Source of the DNA: Eukaryota sp. TZLM1-RC
Lineage: Eukaryota > Protista > Metamonada: BaSk clade
Assembly (NCBI GenBank): GCA_040285825.1
Contig: JAUPSS010000003.1
Span: 1,364,001-1,428,000 of the forward strand
DNA: 64,000 nt
Reading direction: 5' to 3'
The position numbers and the translations under genes are program-made. This document shows, piece by piece, positions 32,650 through 43,950 of this stretch. Position 1 is the first letter of the stretch. The number at the start of each line of letters is the position of its first letter. The notes beneath the pieces are model-generated. The model did not search any database. It was not told the origin of the DNA and saw nothing but the letters and a program-made list of their open reading frames with translations.

Positions 32650-35600
32650 TTCACATTTCGTTTTTCGGTTTCAGTCAAATTGATTCCTTTGGACTAGATG
32701 TGACTTTTCTCTGCAGCATATGATTGACTGATTTGGTAAGGAAGTTCCTTTGGATTCGGAGTTTCTGATACTGATACCAGTTTGGTATCATATTCGTTGA
32801 GGGCTACTCCAGCAATGACCTTAGCTTTTAACAATTCAGTTCGTCTTCACAAAGATAATGAATATATAGCTCCTTTTGGAGCTATTGATTCGGAAATACC
32901 TGGAAGCCAATCTCTAATATAATTGATGGATCCTACCAAGGAGCAAACTTCTTTCACTGATCTTGGTCTAGGGATGCTATCAAGGCTTCGATCTGTTTCT
33001 TACTTATAAATCTAGTTTTGTCCTGGAAGGTGCTTCCTAAAATGTCAATAGGGTGTTTGGATGTTACGAACTTACATTTACGTAAGCCTATATTTACACG
33101 TCTATTTCTGGCGCATTGGAGGACTCTTTGTAATCTCTTATAGAACTCTTCGAAAGTCGTTCCAACTATTATGATATCATCAATATATATAAAAACGTCA
33201 TCCATTTGGAAAATTTCCATCATTATGTTTTGAAAGACTGCTGGGATGTTCTTTAATCCGAAACAAGTTCTTTTAAACATAATTGACCTTTCAGGGATTG
33301 AGAATGATGTTTTCTCAATGTCCATTTCAGCTACATTCATCTGCCAGAAAGCTTTTGGTAAATCAAGCGTGGCAATGTAATTTGCTTTATTCAAAAATTC
33401 TAAAATATCACTAATCCTTGGTAGATTAGGCTCTACTGAAATCGTGTGGGCATTAACTCCATCTTTACCACTAAAGTATCCAGTTAACCTGGGTTTCTTG
33501 CCGTCAGGATATATAACTAAAACAATAGGAGAGCTGAATTTATAATTAGATTCAACTACATAGTCCATTTCAATCAGTTCATCAAATATTTTGTTTGCTA
33601 TTTCCATTTTGCTGGGATTTTACCGTCTAGCAGGCTTATGTACTATAGCATAGCATTCTCATCTCTAAAGGAAATTGTGGGAGGATTACAATCGATTCCT
33701 TTTTTGTTTGGAGTTTCACTAAAACATCGCTGAAAATTCCTAGTAGACTCGTTAATTTTAATTTACTATTACCATCATCTAATTTTATCTCACAACCAGA
33801 TCTAGTTAATTGCTCCTCAAAATCGGAAGGACTCGATGATTGGTTATCTAAGGTCCCAATCGAATGTTGAGCGATTTTTGAGTCAAATTCTGATTCTGCA
33901 TTTAACAAAGTGCGGTGTTCTTTGTCTAATCTAATGGAAAGACCATCATCCGTCTGAAGCCCAAGTGTTTTTAACATGTCTGTCCCATGTCTGTTAATAA
34001 TTTGTTCGAACTCGGCATTATGGGAAGAGTATGTCTATAATGTACCTGGTGCGCAATGCTTCCTACGTTGAACGACAGAATACCATTTGTACTCCCTAGC
34101 GATTTACTTGATACGTTATTGGCTGGTAAGAACTCAATCGTACCATCTCTATTAATTGACATGTTGCATTTGTTAGCCAAATCTTCTGTTATAACCGAAC
34201 AAAATGCTGCCGAATCAATAGTTGCAATCATTTCTATATTATTTATTAAGATCTCAAATCTTAAAAGATGGAGAACGCTGGGATCTGTTGTGGTTCTCAC
34301 TAACCGTAAAATTTATACCAAAAATACTGTTGATATCAGAGCTGGGTTTGTGGAATTGTAGAGGATTAAGTAAGAATTGTTGAGTTGTTGGGGAGTTGTT
34401 GACTGGGTTTCCGAAATCGGCAATTGATTGATTGTGATTGATTTCATTTGATTTGTTTCCGATTGTGAAAGTTACCTGTTTTTCTAACCCTATTGCTGAA
34501 ACGGTCGATCCGTTTGTGAGAGGTCATTATCGAACTAGCTGACACGTTCTCAGAAGGGGATGGTGTTGATGGTGTTGCCTGTTGTGTATTAATGTAATAA
34601 ATAGGTCTATACTGACCTCTGCCTTTATGTCCTCTTACATGGCCACCTCGGCCCTACCTCTAAATCTAGCTACACGCCTAGCAAGGCCACCTCGGACCCT
34701 GACTGCACTGCCACTTCTCGCAGGCTGATCAGCCTCGCCGATCTTAAATCTTAATTCTTTAGATACCTTATTCCTGGTACAACGGGGGTCTTTACATTCA
34801 AAAACCGTGTGACCAATAGATCTAGTTCGGTCGCAGAAGTCCTTGGCCCTGCCATCTCGAAATGAGATGGGGTTCAATCATGCTTGATAAGCCGGACGGA
34901 CAAGTACTTATCATCATACTTCTGAATAAGTCGTAATGATGAATAGGGGATTTTAGACGTTTCGTCAGTTCTGGATCGATTCTTAAAAGTGGCTGCTTTG
35001 TGTCCCTATTAATTTCTTTTCTGATGTGAGATGGGAGAGATGAGATGAGCTCAGGGGTAATCTGGACTCTTTCCTTCGCCAAATATTTGGGTTGCTATCA
35101 ACAAAGCACGAGATCACTCAGATTGACCAGGGACTTCGAAGCTTCTATTGGCTATCTTGCACCCGTATTTATCCCATGTTTGAAACTTGAGTAGGAAGGA
35201 GACGAGAGACTTTTTGTTGAGGAGCTTTGTATTCTGCTGACCGAGGCCGAGAGTCTACATCTCTCTGAAGACTACTCGCTATACTCATGTCCAATATATT
35301 CCTTGAAGATTAGAGGCTTCTGGACGGAGAGGCTCCTGAGAAGAAATTCGTCTACGAGGGGGTTGAGGAGGAGGTTCTTCATTTAAACCAGGCCCGCCCA
35401 ACTCGACCTCGTCTTCTGATACATTGCTAAGCATAGGTTGGGAGGAAGTTGATGGTTCCTGAACCACCTGATAAGTTTGTCTACTCGTTCTGTCACATCA
35501 ACTGTTGAAATGTGATCAGGGAGTACATCAATGGAACAGACTTGTACCGGTTGCTTCTTCTCTGATCTTATGGGGGCAATTACTGGAAGCCTAGGTCTCT

Positions 35601-36880
35601 GGTAGAGCTCCGTTGATTGGTCACCCGTAACCATAAATCTAAACTTCTTTTTCCTTGTTGTAGATTCCCCGAATTGTTGAATAAAATTGTTGGGACGGCT
35701 CCTAAATGTGGAGACGCTTAAGCGTTTTGTAAGTAGCGTGCGCGTCAAAAAACTCGCTGACGGGTTTCAGTTTGCTTGGATTTATGCTGTCTACTTGTTC
35801 CATATACTCTCTGAAACAAGTAGGAGCTCCGTCTGTTACCTCTGTGTAGTTATGGATGATCGTATCAAAGTACGAGTCCATCCATGCCGGCATTTTTGTT
35901 TCCAGGATGTCGTCGGTATCGGTTCTGCTTCTTCGTTCGATTGCTAAAAACCTGATCCTTCTCCCGAAGTAATCCAAGTGAATGGCTTCCCAATCAGGTC
36001 TATCTTTGATTAGTTTAGCCAGGGTCACATGGATTTCTTTGTCCATGCCGGCTATCCTAGGACGGCGTTCTGCCCCGCGTCCGTAGGTATCTCTACTCAA
36101 GGCGTCCAAAGCATTAATTAGCTCTCTTCTCTTGCTTTGAGGGAATTCCTAAATTAGACTATATCAGGGTCCCCTTTATGGCCCAGAGTCTGCAATCCCA
36201 CGTTTCTTCCAGATTTTATAAGTTGTTTCCAAAGAGGAGGGAGCTGCTCGAACAAACAGTAATATGTAGGTTCAAGGTGAGCTTCCCCGTCCTTCATTAT
36301 TTGTTGGCGAAGTTCTTTCCCTTCGTCGTCTATTTCATCTAAAGCGGATTGAAGTTCTTCGTAATCCTTCAGAACAGACGAAGTTTCTGAACTTGACCCA
36401 ACATTTGTGTCTTTAGGTGAGGAGGGGGTGGTCCCGTTCCTGAAACCTTTTCTGGCTTGTTGGATTTGGAAGAGGCGGGAGGTGGTTCCGTGCCTGGTTC
36501 CATTGTTTTGGGTTTGGAGGAGGCAGGAGGTGGTTCCGTGTTTGAATCCATGGTTTTTTCTTGAGGGGGGGGGGGCGGAGGGAGGTCTCGAGCCCGAATC
36601 CTCATCACTCTTTGCTACTTCTCCTGTTGATGTAAATGTGTTATAAGCATCCCTGTTGTATTCCCGCATGTTAATTTGAAAAAAGTCAGTGTCCTGGCTG
36701 GGAGAGACTGACATGATATCCGCTAAAGATATCCTCTGTATGAAAGCTGTAAAGTGTGTAAATGGTATACTTAGTATTAACCTAAATGGCCAATAATTAT
36801 TGATGCCGTAGGTTGGAAAAGTGGGTTAAGATAAAGCTGATTTGTTTTCTATTGATATTATAAAAGCCTAAGGGCGCCAA
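32650..36880 (-). mobile_element. decayed Ty3/Gypsy-type LTR retrotransposon (long gag region, protease, RT; RNase H, integrase and LTRs not found)
   Basis: RT 32954-33607 (SSPIVLV, LDLPKAFWQ, CFGLKNIPAVFQ, YIDDIII); aspartyl protease ATIDSAA in 33971-34300; degenerate knuckle CDRTRSIGHTVFEC near 34800; multiple stops and frameshifts; higher GC. Ends approximate. Confidence 0.85.
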
Positions 36881-37164
36881 CATTATTCAACAACAAATGC
36901 TTAATTATTCACATTTAGTCCAAATCAGAGAAGACATGGTATTGATTAATTGTAACAGCCCTGACTGCTCATACAACTAAGTTTCTAAACCCAAGAAATT
37001 GCGACCTTGATCAATGAGTAGTAAATCAGTTATTAAATGACACCATTCTGTTACCTTTAGATACGCGGTGATGATGTATTGAATTTCTGATAAGGTGAAG
37101 GATTGTTGACTGTATTGTTAAAACAATGAAACAATATAAGGTGATTGCAAATTATCTCAATGAT

Positions 37165-37533
37165 AAATATCTATTGATGACCCTGATCCCAATTCTTCTT
37201 AATTTTAAGGAAAGACCCTTGTTGCTGCTGATCCAGAAACAAATATGAACTGTTCTATTATTTTGCAAATTTACAAACTGGATTGACTCATTCAAAAGAC
37301 CGTAAGTTCAATATGTTCTTTTCATGTACACTCTAAATCACAGTAGATTTGAGTCTGAAAGATCAAGGGATAGTATATGGAATGACACTCTTATCACAAT
37401 AAGTAATTCTAATAGTAGGGTAATCTATCAACCCATGAACTACCTGAAGCTCAATAACAAAGGATATATCGCAAAAATAGCACAATTCAGCAAATTTCTC
37501 ATAGAACAATTAGTTTATTTAGAGGTGAAGTAG
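37165..37533 (+). pseudogene. Fanzor1-like RuvC-I region remnant
   Basis: SIDDPD....GKTLVAADPE (YIDD...V..DPG type) followed by MYTLNHSRFES (YT..QRR.E type); stops and frameshifts. Confidence 0.5.
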
Positions 37534-37934
37534 CACAAAAAATCAATATTCTCCAAAAAATTGATTATTCGTTGAGCTAGGGTAACAATGATCACACAAC
37601 CAAGTCTGTTGCAGAATGGGAAGCAATTTTATCCCAGTTCAAGTTGAAATGATGCAGATTTGAGAGAGTTATCCAGTACAGTCAGGAAAACAATTATATA
37701 AATGACATCATTAGTGAAATTTATCATCTAGAATTATTCAGAAAACTGAGACAATGAAGTGATACAAATGGTACAAAGTCTGAGGCAAAAACGGATTCAA
37801 AGCTTCAAATCAGAAATTAGTGATCAGCCAAGTAGTTATTGGAATCAAAGACTGGGAACAACAAAAACACATGAAATTCAAAGAAAATGAACCTACCAAA
37901 TGAAAAGGTTTCAGAATTTTAATTAAAAGGGGAG

Positions 37935-38480
37935 ATTTATTTTGGAGCCATTGTTATCAAAATTAATTCTCGAAGACCTCAACATGGATAGTACTCGTTA
38001 CAATAGAGGTTGTATGGGCCTAACAAGTGATGAATTGTTTGTTGCTGGCTCAAATGGAAACTTCACCATTTTAGATGCTAAGCTCATGTATGCTTGTAAT
38101 TCTTTCAATGAATATTTAATTGATGGTGATGTCAATCATCTACTTTGTGCTGGGGAAACTACAAAATTGCTAAATCCGCGAAACTTCTTTCTTTTGTTAA
38201 TCATAATTTCCATATAATCTATGTCCATTTGTTTGTTTTCTTGCTTGGTTCATAAACTAAGGCTGCTTTGGCATTCCTGAACGATTTCAGCGTTGTTGTG
38301 AAGGGCAGAACTGGAAGAATTTTTAATCTGATTTATTGGCAACAGTGAATTGTGTTTTCAATTTATAATAGAATGGTGAAATAACTTTCTAATTCGATTT
38401 TCATTGGTCGATTCTGAAAATCATTGCCCATTAATTCTTTCGATGTTGGAGAGATAAGTGTTGAGGACGTAGAGCCTTAG
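37935..38480 (+). mobile_element. CRE-like family A 3' fragment
   Basis: EPLLSKLILEDLNMDSTRYNRGCMGLT matches 3555-3640; ends EDVEP*. Confidence 0.85.
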
Positions 38481-38499
38481 TTGTTCGATATACCTATTT

Positions 38500-38966
38500 C
38501 TATTTGTTGGTTAATGAAAATATGGTCATTTTGCCAATAAACACAGATTACAAAGTCTTCCTCATTGAATCAAAGTCTCAAAAATCACACATAACAGAAA
38601 TTGATTATATATGTATAAAATAGAATCAAAAACATGGCTAAAAATCGTGAAGAGATTATTTGGTTTAGAAAAGGAGGTGATGGACCATCCCTTCAAAGAA
38701 AGCGTTTTCTGAAGTATCTCAAGGCTCGATTTCCAGCCGCGAAGGATGGAGGTGAATACTATACATCTGAACTGTTGCAAAGTTTTCCATGAAGACCTTA
38801 ACTGCATAGAGAATGGAGAAAGGAAAAAGTCTTAAACCTATTTTGCATGTCCAAAATGTGGGATGGTTTGGTCAAGAGAAATCTCTACATTGAGAAACCA
38901 GTGACAGATTGGAGTAGCGAGTACTTTTTGAACACTAAACCCCTAGCTTTTAGAAGACCTCAATAA
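38500..38966 (+). pseudogene. Fanzor C-terminal half (RuvC-II, Zn finger, RuvC-III), 'WFGNGG' subfamily
   Basis: With frameshifts: IIWF..GG...KDGGEYYTS / NCCKVFH...YFACPKCGMVWSREIS..RNQ...[15 protein letters not shown], colinear with 43930-44260. Confidence 0.8.
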
Positions 38967-39026
38967 GAATCTTCAAATCCAACGTATTTTTATCTAAGCC
39001 GATCATCTCCGGATGGTCAAGTTTAG
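38945..39026 (+). ncRNA. candidate Fanzor omega-RNA scaffold / right end
   Basis: Overlaps the Fanzor stop; GAAGA...TCTTC stem, ACGTATT linker, GATCATC-tccg-GATGGTC hairpin; same layout as 43865-43950. Confidence 0.4.
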
Positions 39027-39094
39027 ACATGTGGATGTGGATGAAGAATTGGAAATTGACATTTTGGATAAAGCACAAACCAATATCTATAATA

Positions 39095-40252
39095 ATGACA
39101 AACTCACAAACAGTCACTCCCTGGGAGGTAGCCGCAGATAGCGCTGTTGATTATGAAAAACTTCTCCGTGACTTTGGATGTTCTCCCATCACCCCTGAGT
39201 TATTGGCACGATTTGAGTCATTAACCGGACATGTTCCTCATACATGGTTACGTAGAGGCCTTTTCTTTTCTCACCGAGATTTATCTTCACTTTTGGATGC
39301 TTATGAAAAAGGCGAACCATTTTTCCTATATACTGGTAGAGGCCCTTCTTCAGAAAGTCTTCATCTAGGCCATCTTATTCCTTTTTTCTTCACCAAGTGG
39401 CTTCAGGAAGTTTTCAATGTTCCTTGTGTTATACAACTCACTGATGATGAGAAATATCTCTGGAAAGCACTTAAATGGGACGAAGCAAGGCGACTTGCTG
39501 TCGAAAACTCTAAAGATATAATTGCATGTGGATTCAACCCCAGTAAAACTTTCATCTTTAGAGATTCTGATTATATTGGAAAGCTATACCCCAACATTGT
39601 CAACATTCAACGGTTAACCACGTTCAACACTGCCAAGGCCATCTTTGGGTTTGACGATTCGTCTTCTATAGGAAAGATTGCCTTCCCTGCAGTCCAGGCA
39701 GCGCCTTCCTTTTCCACCTCTTTTCCAGTTGTTTTGAATGGTGCTCCTAATATGAGATGCTTGGTTCCTTGTGCTATTGACCAGGATCCTTACTTTAGGC
39801 TAACTAGGGATGTTGCACCGAGAATGAAGAAGAGAAAGCCTGCCTTGATTCACTCAAAGTTCTTCCCAGCTCTCCAAGGAAGTCAGTCAAAAATGTCTGG
39901 CTCTGATGGTAATTCTGCAGTATTTTTAACTGACACTGCTAATCAAATTAAAAAGAAGATTAATAAATTTGCCTTTTCTGGAGGCAGAACCACCACAGAA
40001 GAACATCGTCAACTTGGTGGACAACCTGAAGTTGATGTTTCTTATCAGTATTTGGAATTCTTTTTAGATGATGATGTTGAATTAGAACGTATCAGAACCG
40101 AGTACAAGAGCGGAAGAATGCTCACTGGGGAGTTGAAAGCTATTCTTATAAGGATATTACAGGGCATTGTAGGTAATCATCAAGAGAAAAGAAAAAATGT
40201 CTCTGATGAAATTGTTTTTGAGTTTATGAAAGAACGAAATTTATGTGAATAA
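39095..40252 (+). CDS. WARS1: cytoplasmic tryptophanyl-tRNA synthetase
   Basis: [51 protein letters not shown]. Confidence 0.97.
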   Translation: MTNSQTVTPWEVAADSAVDYEKLLRDFGCSPITPELLARFESLTGHVPHTWLRRGLFFSHRDLSSLLDAYEKGEPFFLYTGRGPSSESLHLGHLIPFFFTKWLQEVFNVPCVIQLTDDEKYLWKALKWDEARRLAVENSKDIIACGFNPSKTFIFRDSDYIGKLYPNIVNIQRLTTFNTAKAIFGFDDSSSIGKIAFPAVQAAPSFSTSFPVVLNGAPNMRCLVPCAIDQDPYFRLTRDVAPRMKKRKPALIHSKFFPALQGSQSKMSGSDGNSAVFLTDTANQIKKKINKFAFSGGRTTTEEHRQLGGQPEVDVSYQYLEFFLDDDVELERIRTEYKSGRMLTGELKAILIRILQGIVGNHQEKRKNVSDEIVFEFMKERNLCE

Positions 40253-40308
40253 ATAAATAGTCTTTTGTTTTAAAAAATTTTAAATTTAAATTTTATTTTA
40301 TCATACAA

Positions 40309-43300
40309 TTACAATTTCTTACAATAACTTGGGGGAACATATTTTAATTCACCAAAATCATCAATGGCCACGAACCAACCGCTACGTTCTCCTACGACTT
40401 CTACTAATTGAGCTGGCCTAAGTGACATGTAATGAGGTGCGGGGGCTTCATAAGCAAACAAAGCTTGGTAGACAATTGATGCAGGTGGAGGTGGAGGTGG
40501 AGGCAATGAATCAGGATTGAATTCCGTAGTATCAGTGCCTGATTTGCTCTTTTCATCTGCCACATCATCATTTTGACCTATGGCGTCATCTTTGTGAACT
40601 GTATTGGATTCTTGATCCACACTGGTGACATTTGAATCTTCAACTTCTGTTTCCTTGACGGTAGTCTTTGGCTGTTCTACAATTACTTCAACTTTCTTCT
40701 CCTTGTTATCGTCTTCATTCTCTTCGTGTTCTTCTAACTTCTGCTCTTCCTGACTTGGTTCTTCAGGAGGCGGAGAGAGTGCTTCCCTTTCCTCAGCACT
40801 ATCTATTGTTTCCTTCACCTGTTTCCTGTTACTTCTGAATGTTGGGGGAGGGGGAGGACTGGACTGGACAGGAACATTAGGAGGAAATGAAGGTGCAGGG
40901 AAAAGCCCTTCTCTTATTTGTTTAAATAAATCACAAATTTTAGCTCTCAATTCTTCACAAGAGAGAGTAATTGAATTATCCACGATGCACCTGGACCAGC
41001 AAGGGCGAACTTGGAACTTACCCTGCAGCAAAGAAAGAGAAAAGAACTTTTTGCAAGAACCTAGGACAGCCACTACTTCATCAGAAAGCTTTGCTCGACA
41101 AATTTCATCTCCGAGTTTGCCAAATCTTTTACGTTCTTTAATAACCATATTCATTGAATTAATTTCTAAAACTACCTTAGTTTTGTGGGGGTTATTGGGA
41201 ACAACAAGCTTAATTGGAAATGAAACAGGGGATTGTTTTAATTCATTTAGGATCTGGGGTTTTGGTTGTGTAGATTGTGTGGAGAAAAGAGATTGATTGA
41301 TTGGTTGAGGTCTCGGTGGAATATCTTGATCTTGTGAATTCAAAACATTTTCCTTTGCTTTCTGATTAGTTTCTTTTGCATCTCTTTCTATTGGTTCTGT
41401 TACGGCTGTCTTCTCTTGGATTGTCTCTTCCATTGTCTCTTCTGTCAAGTTTTCTTTGTTGAAATTAGATTCTGCTGAACTTTCAGACAGCTTCTGTACT
41501 TCACAAACACCCTCTCTCTTTCCAACCAAACTAAGTCTTTCTACTTCTGGATCATGATCTTCCACCTCCACAGTCTCAATGGTATCTACTGCTACCTCAG
41601 TATGGCAAAGCTTTGATCTTGGAGTGCCCGGTAAAGCCATTGAAGAGGAAGGGGAAGGTGCTTCTCGAGTAGGAGGGTGAAGTTCGTACAAATCACAATC
41701 ATCGACGGCAACCATGACATCATCACTTTCCTTTTCTCGACTCTTCCCTTGATCTCCACTTCTAAAGCTTGGTCTTGGGGGAAGGTTTGGTTTTGATGGA
41801 TGGGCAGAAGGGGGGTTGGCAGGAAGGGAAACTGTCAAATCAGCAATTGATTGAACTGGATTTTGATCTGATTGAGATGGTTGTGTATCCTCTGCTTTTT
41901 CATTTTCTTTCACTTCTTCTTTCTCTTCTTCTTTCTCTTCTTCTTTTTCTTCTGTTACATAAACTTCTGGGCTATGCAAAGCACTTTCCTCGCCATCCAA
42001 CACCTTGGCAGCTGTAAAAGGAGTGGTGACGTCATCAGACCAATTGATAACGTGATCATGAAGGTCGGCAGGGTGGGGCTCAGGTGGGGGGAGGGGGTCT
42101 TCCTCAGTCAAAGGTTTTGATTCGTGACTAGATTGATCATTTTGAACTGGTTCTATTTGAGCATTATACACAGTTGGCGCTGAATTTGATCCAATTTGAT
42201 CAATTTCTTGAATTTTCGACTTGCGGAGATTTTCAAGCCGCTCCAATTCTGATTTGAGTGAAGCTATTTTCTGAGCAACAGATGACAACTCTTCATTTGA
42301 TTGATTAGGGTTTGATTGATTAGGGTTTGATTGATTAGGGTTTGATTGTTCCACAGTTGATTGATTAGGAACCTCCTCCTTTTGCAAAACTTGCTTTGTC
42401 ACATTCTTGACGGGAGTACCTCTATCCAAATTATCAACTTTTGATTGCTGATTTGAATGCTCTGTCATTGACCCTTTCGGACTAGGAGTTGCCGACCTAA
42501 CTTCCGACCTATTCTGATTCTTTAATTTACTTTCCAATCCCATATGCATTTCCCTCACAGAGTCCAACAACTTTTTCTCATTGACGACTGCACTAGAAAA
42601 CCCATTCAAAGGAACTTCCTTTGCTTTTGGGGGACTCCTTAATGGAGAGTCCCTGGATTTCAAAGGACTGGAACGTGATCTTGGAGAAGCAGCAGGAGAA
42701 CAAAGAAAGTGAGTTATTCTTGAATTTCTGGACAAAACATCTGCCACTCTGTTGCACTGAGAAGGAGACATGGAATTTGAAGATAAATTCAGTGCAATTA
42801 AAGAGGGGTGATTACAAACCACTTGAGCAATGTCCAGACAACCATTATAAAAAGGAATGTCATTGGACCTCAAATTGAGAAAAACAAGCGTCCTATTTAG
42901 TGTTAGAGCTGAAACTAAAGCAGTGGCTCCTTCCTTTGAAATGGAGTTGCTCGAGAGATCTAACCTTTTAAGGAAGGTATTAGCTCTAAGGGCATGACTG
43001 ATCTCAATAGTACCAACATCACCAAGCTTGTTTGAGCCTAAGTGAAGTTCTTTAAGACTGGGATTGGCGGTTAAAAACTGTTTTAAAGCTGGCCCGATTG
43101 CAGATGTGAGGTTGTTAGACCATAAATTTAAATGAACCAGTTTTTTGCTTCCGGATAAGATTTTCCCGGCACCATCATCACCAATATTATTGGCAAACAT
43201 ATCCAAGTGAACCAGGGCACAATGAGGAAGAACTGCTGCTAGTTTGGCAGCACCTTCAGCAGTGATAGCGTTGGCTCCAAGGTTGAGTTGAGCAAGGGTC

Positions 43301-43727
43301 CTGTTTGAGAAAAGAGCGTGGGAGAGATGGGAGACACCCTTGTCTGAGATGGAGTTGTAACGTAGAAAGAGGGAACGAAGGGATTTGTTTGTGGGGAGAG
43401 CAGAAGAAAGCGAAATGAGGCCTTCATCAGTTATTCGGTTACCAGCAAGATCAAGAACTTGAAGGTCACATTCAGGAGAAGAGAGGTATTGAGCAAAGAG
43501 TGGGCATGAGCTGTCGGTAATACGGTTAGAGCCAAGGTCAACGAAGCTATGATGAATATGATAGATTAAGCATACCGTAAGCGTTTAAACTGAAGCAGAG
43601 TTGATACTGATAGATCTGTGACGAGTTGGTTAAAGAATTTGACCGAAAGTGGTCCAATATTCTGTGATTGACGTTTGAGGAGTGTGTGTAACTCATCAAT
43701 GGACGAAACAGATAGTTCGTCGCCCAT
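40309..43727 (-). CDS. RNI-like LRR, Pro-rich linker, PH-like region and C-terminal SH3 protein; 2 exons (43727-43576, 43546-40309), 1129 aa
   Basis: 28-aa LRRs (L..L.L..N.I...G...L...L); PxxP tracts; ALFAYEA....MSL....V.V....GWF.......YVPPSY SH3. The reading frame stays open from 43206 upstream to the intron. Confidence 0.88.
43547..43575 (-). other. 29-nt spliceosomal intron in the LRR-SH3 gene
   Basis: GTATGCTTAATCTATCATATTCATCATAG; removal gives the LRR FKRLRFVDLGSNRITD in frame. Confidence 0.9.
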
Positions 43728-43864
43728 TCTTTGGTATAATATTAAGAGAAGGTTTCTCAAGAAAGTTTGTGGTTTTTGAAATGCATACTTTCTTCAAGCA
43801 TCATTCAAACTTATTCCAAGAACCTTCATCCTTGGTGAGATCGTGCACAAACGTTCTAGAATCC

Positions 43865-43950
43865 TCAAATAATTGGCCACCAATCTCAGTGAGCCCATTT
43901 TTCTTCTAAAACAATACGTAGCTTCGAAGCTAGTGTCTTTGTGCTCTCTG
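43865..43950 (-). ncRNA. candidate Fanzor omega-RNA scaffold / right end
   Basis: Perfect palindrome TAGCTTCGAAGCTA (43919-43932) over the stop codon, ACGTATT linker, then the GGCTCACTG-agat-TGGTGGCC hairpin. Confidence 0.4.

Noticed and set aside
42295-42370. TTAGGG-containing 15-bp tandem repeat resembling telomeric sequence
   Set aside because: It is an in-frame coding repeat (QSNPN)n inside the LRR-SH3 gene.
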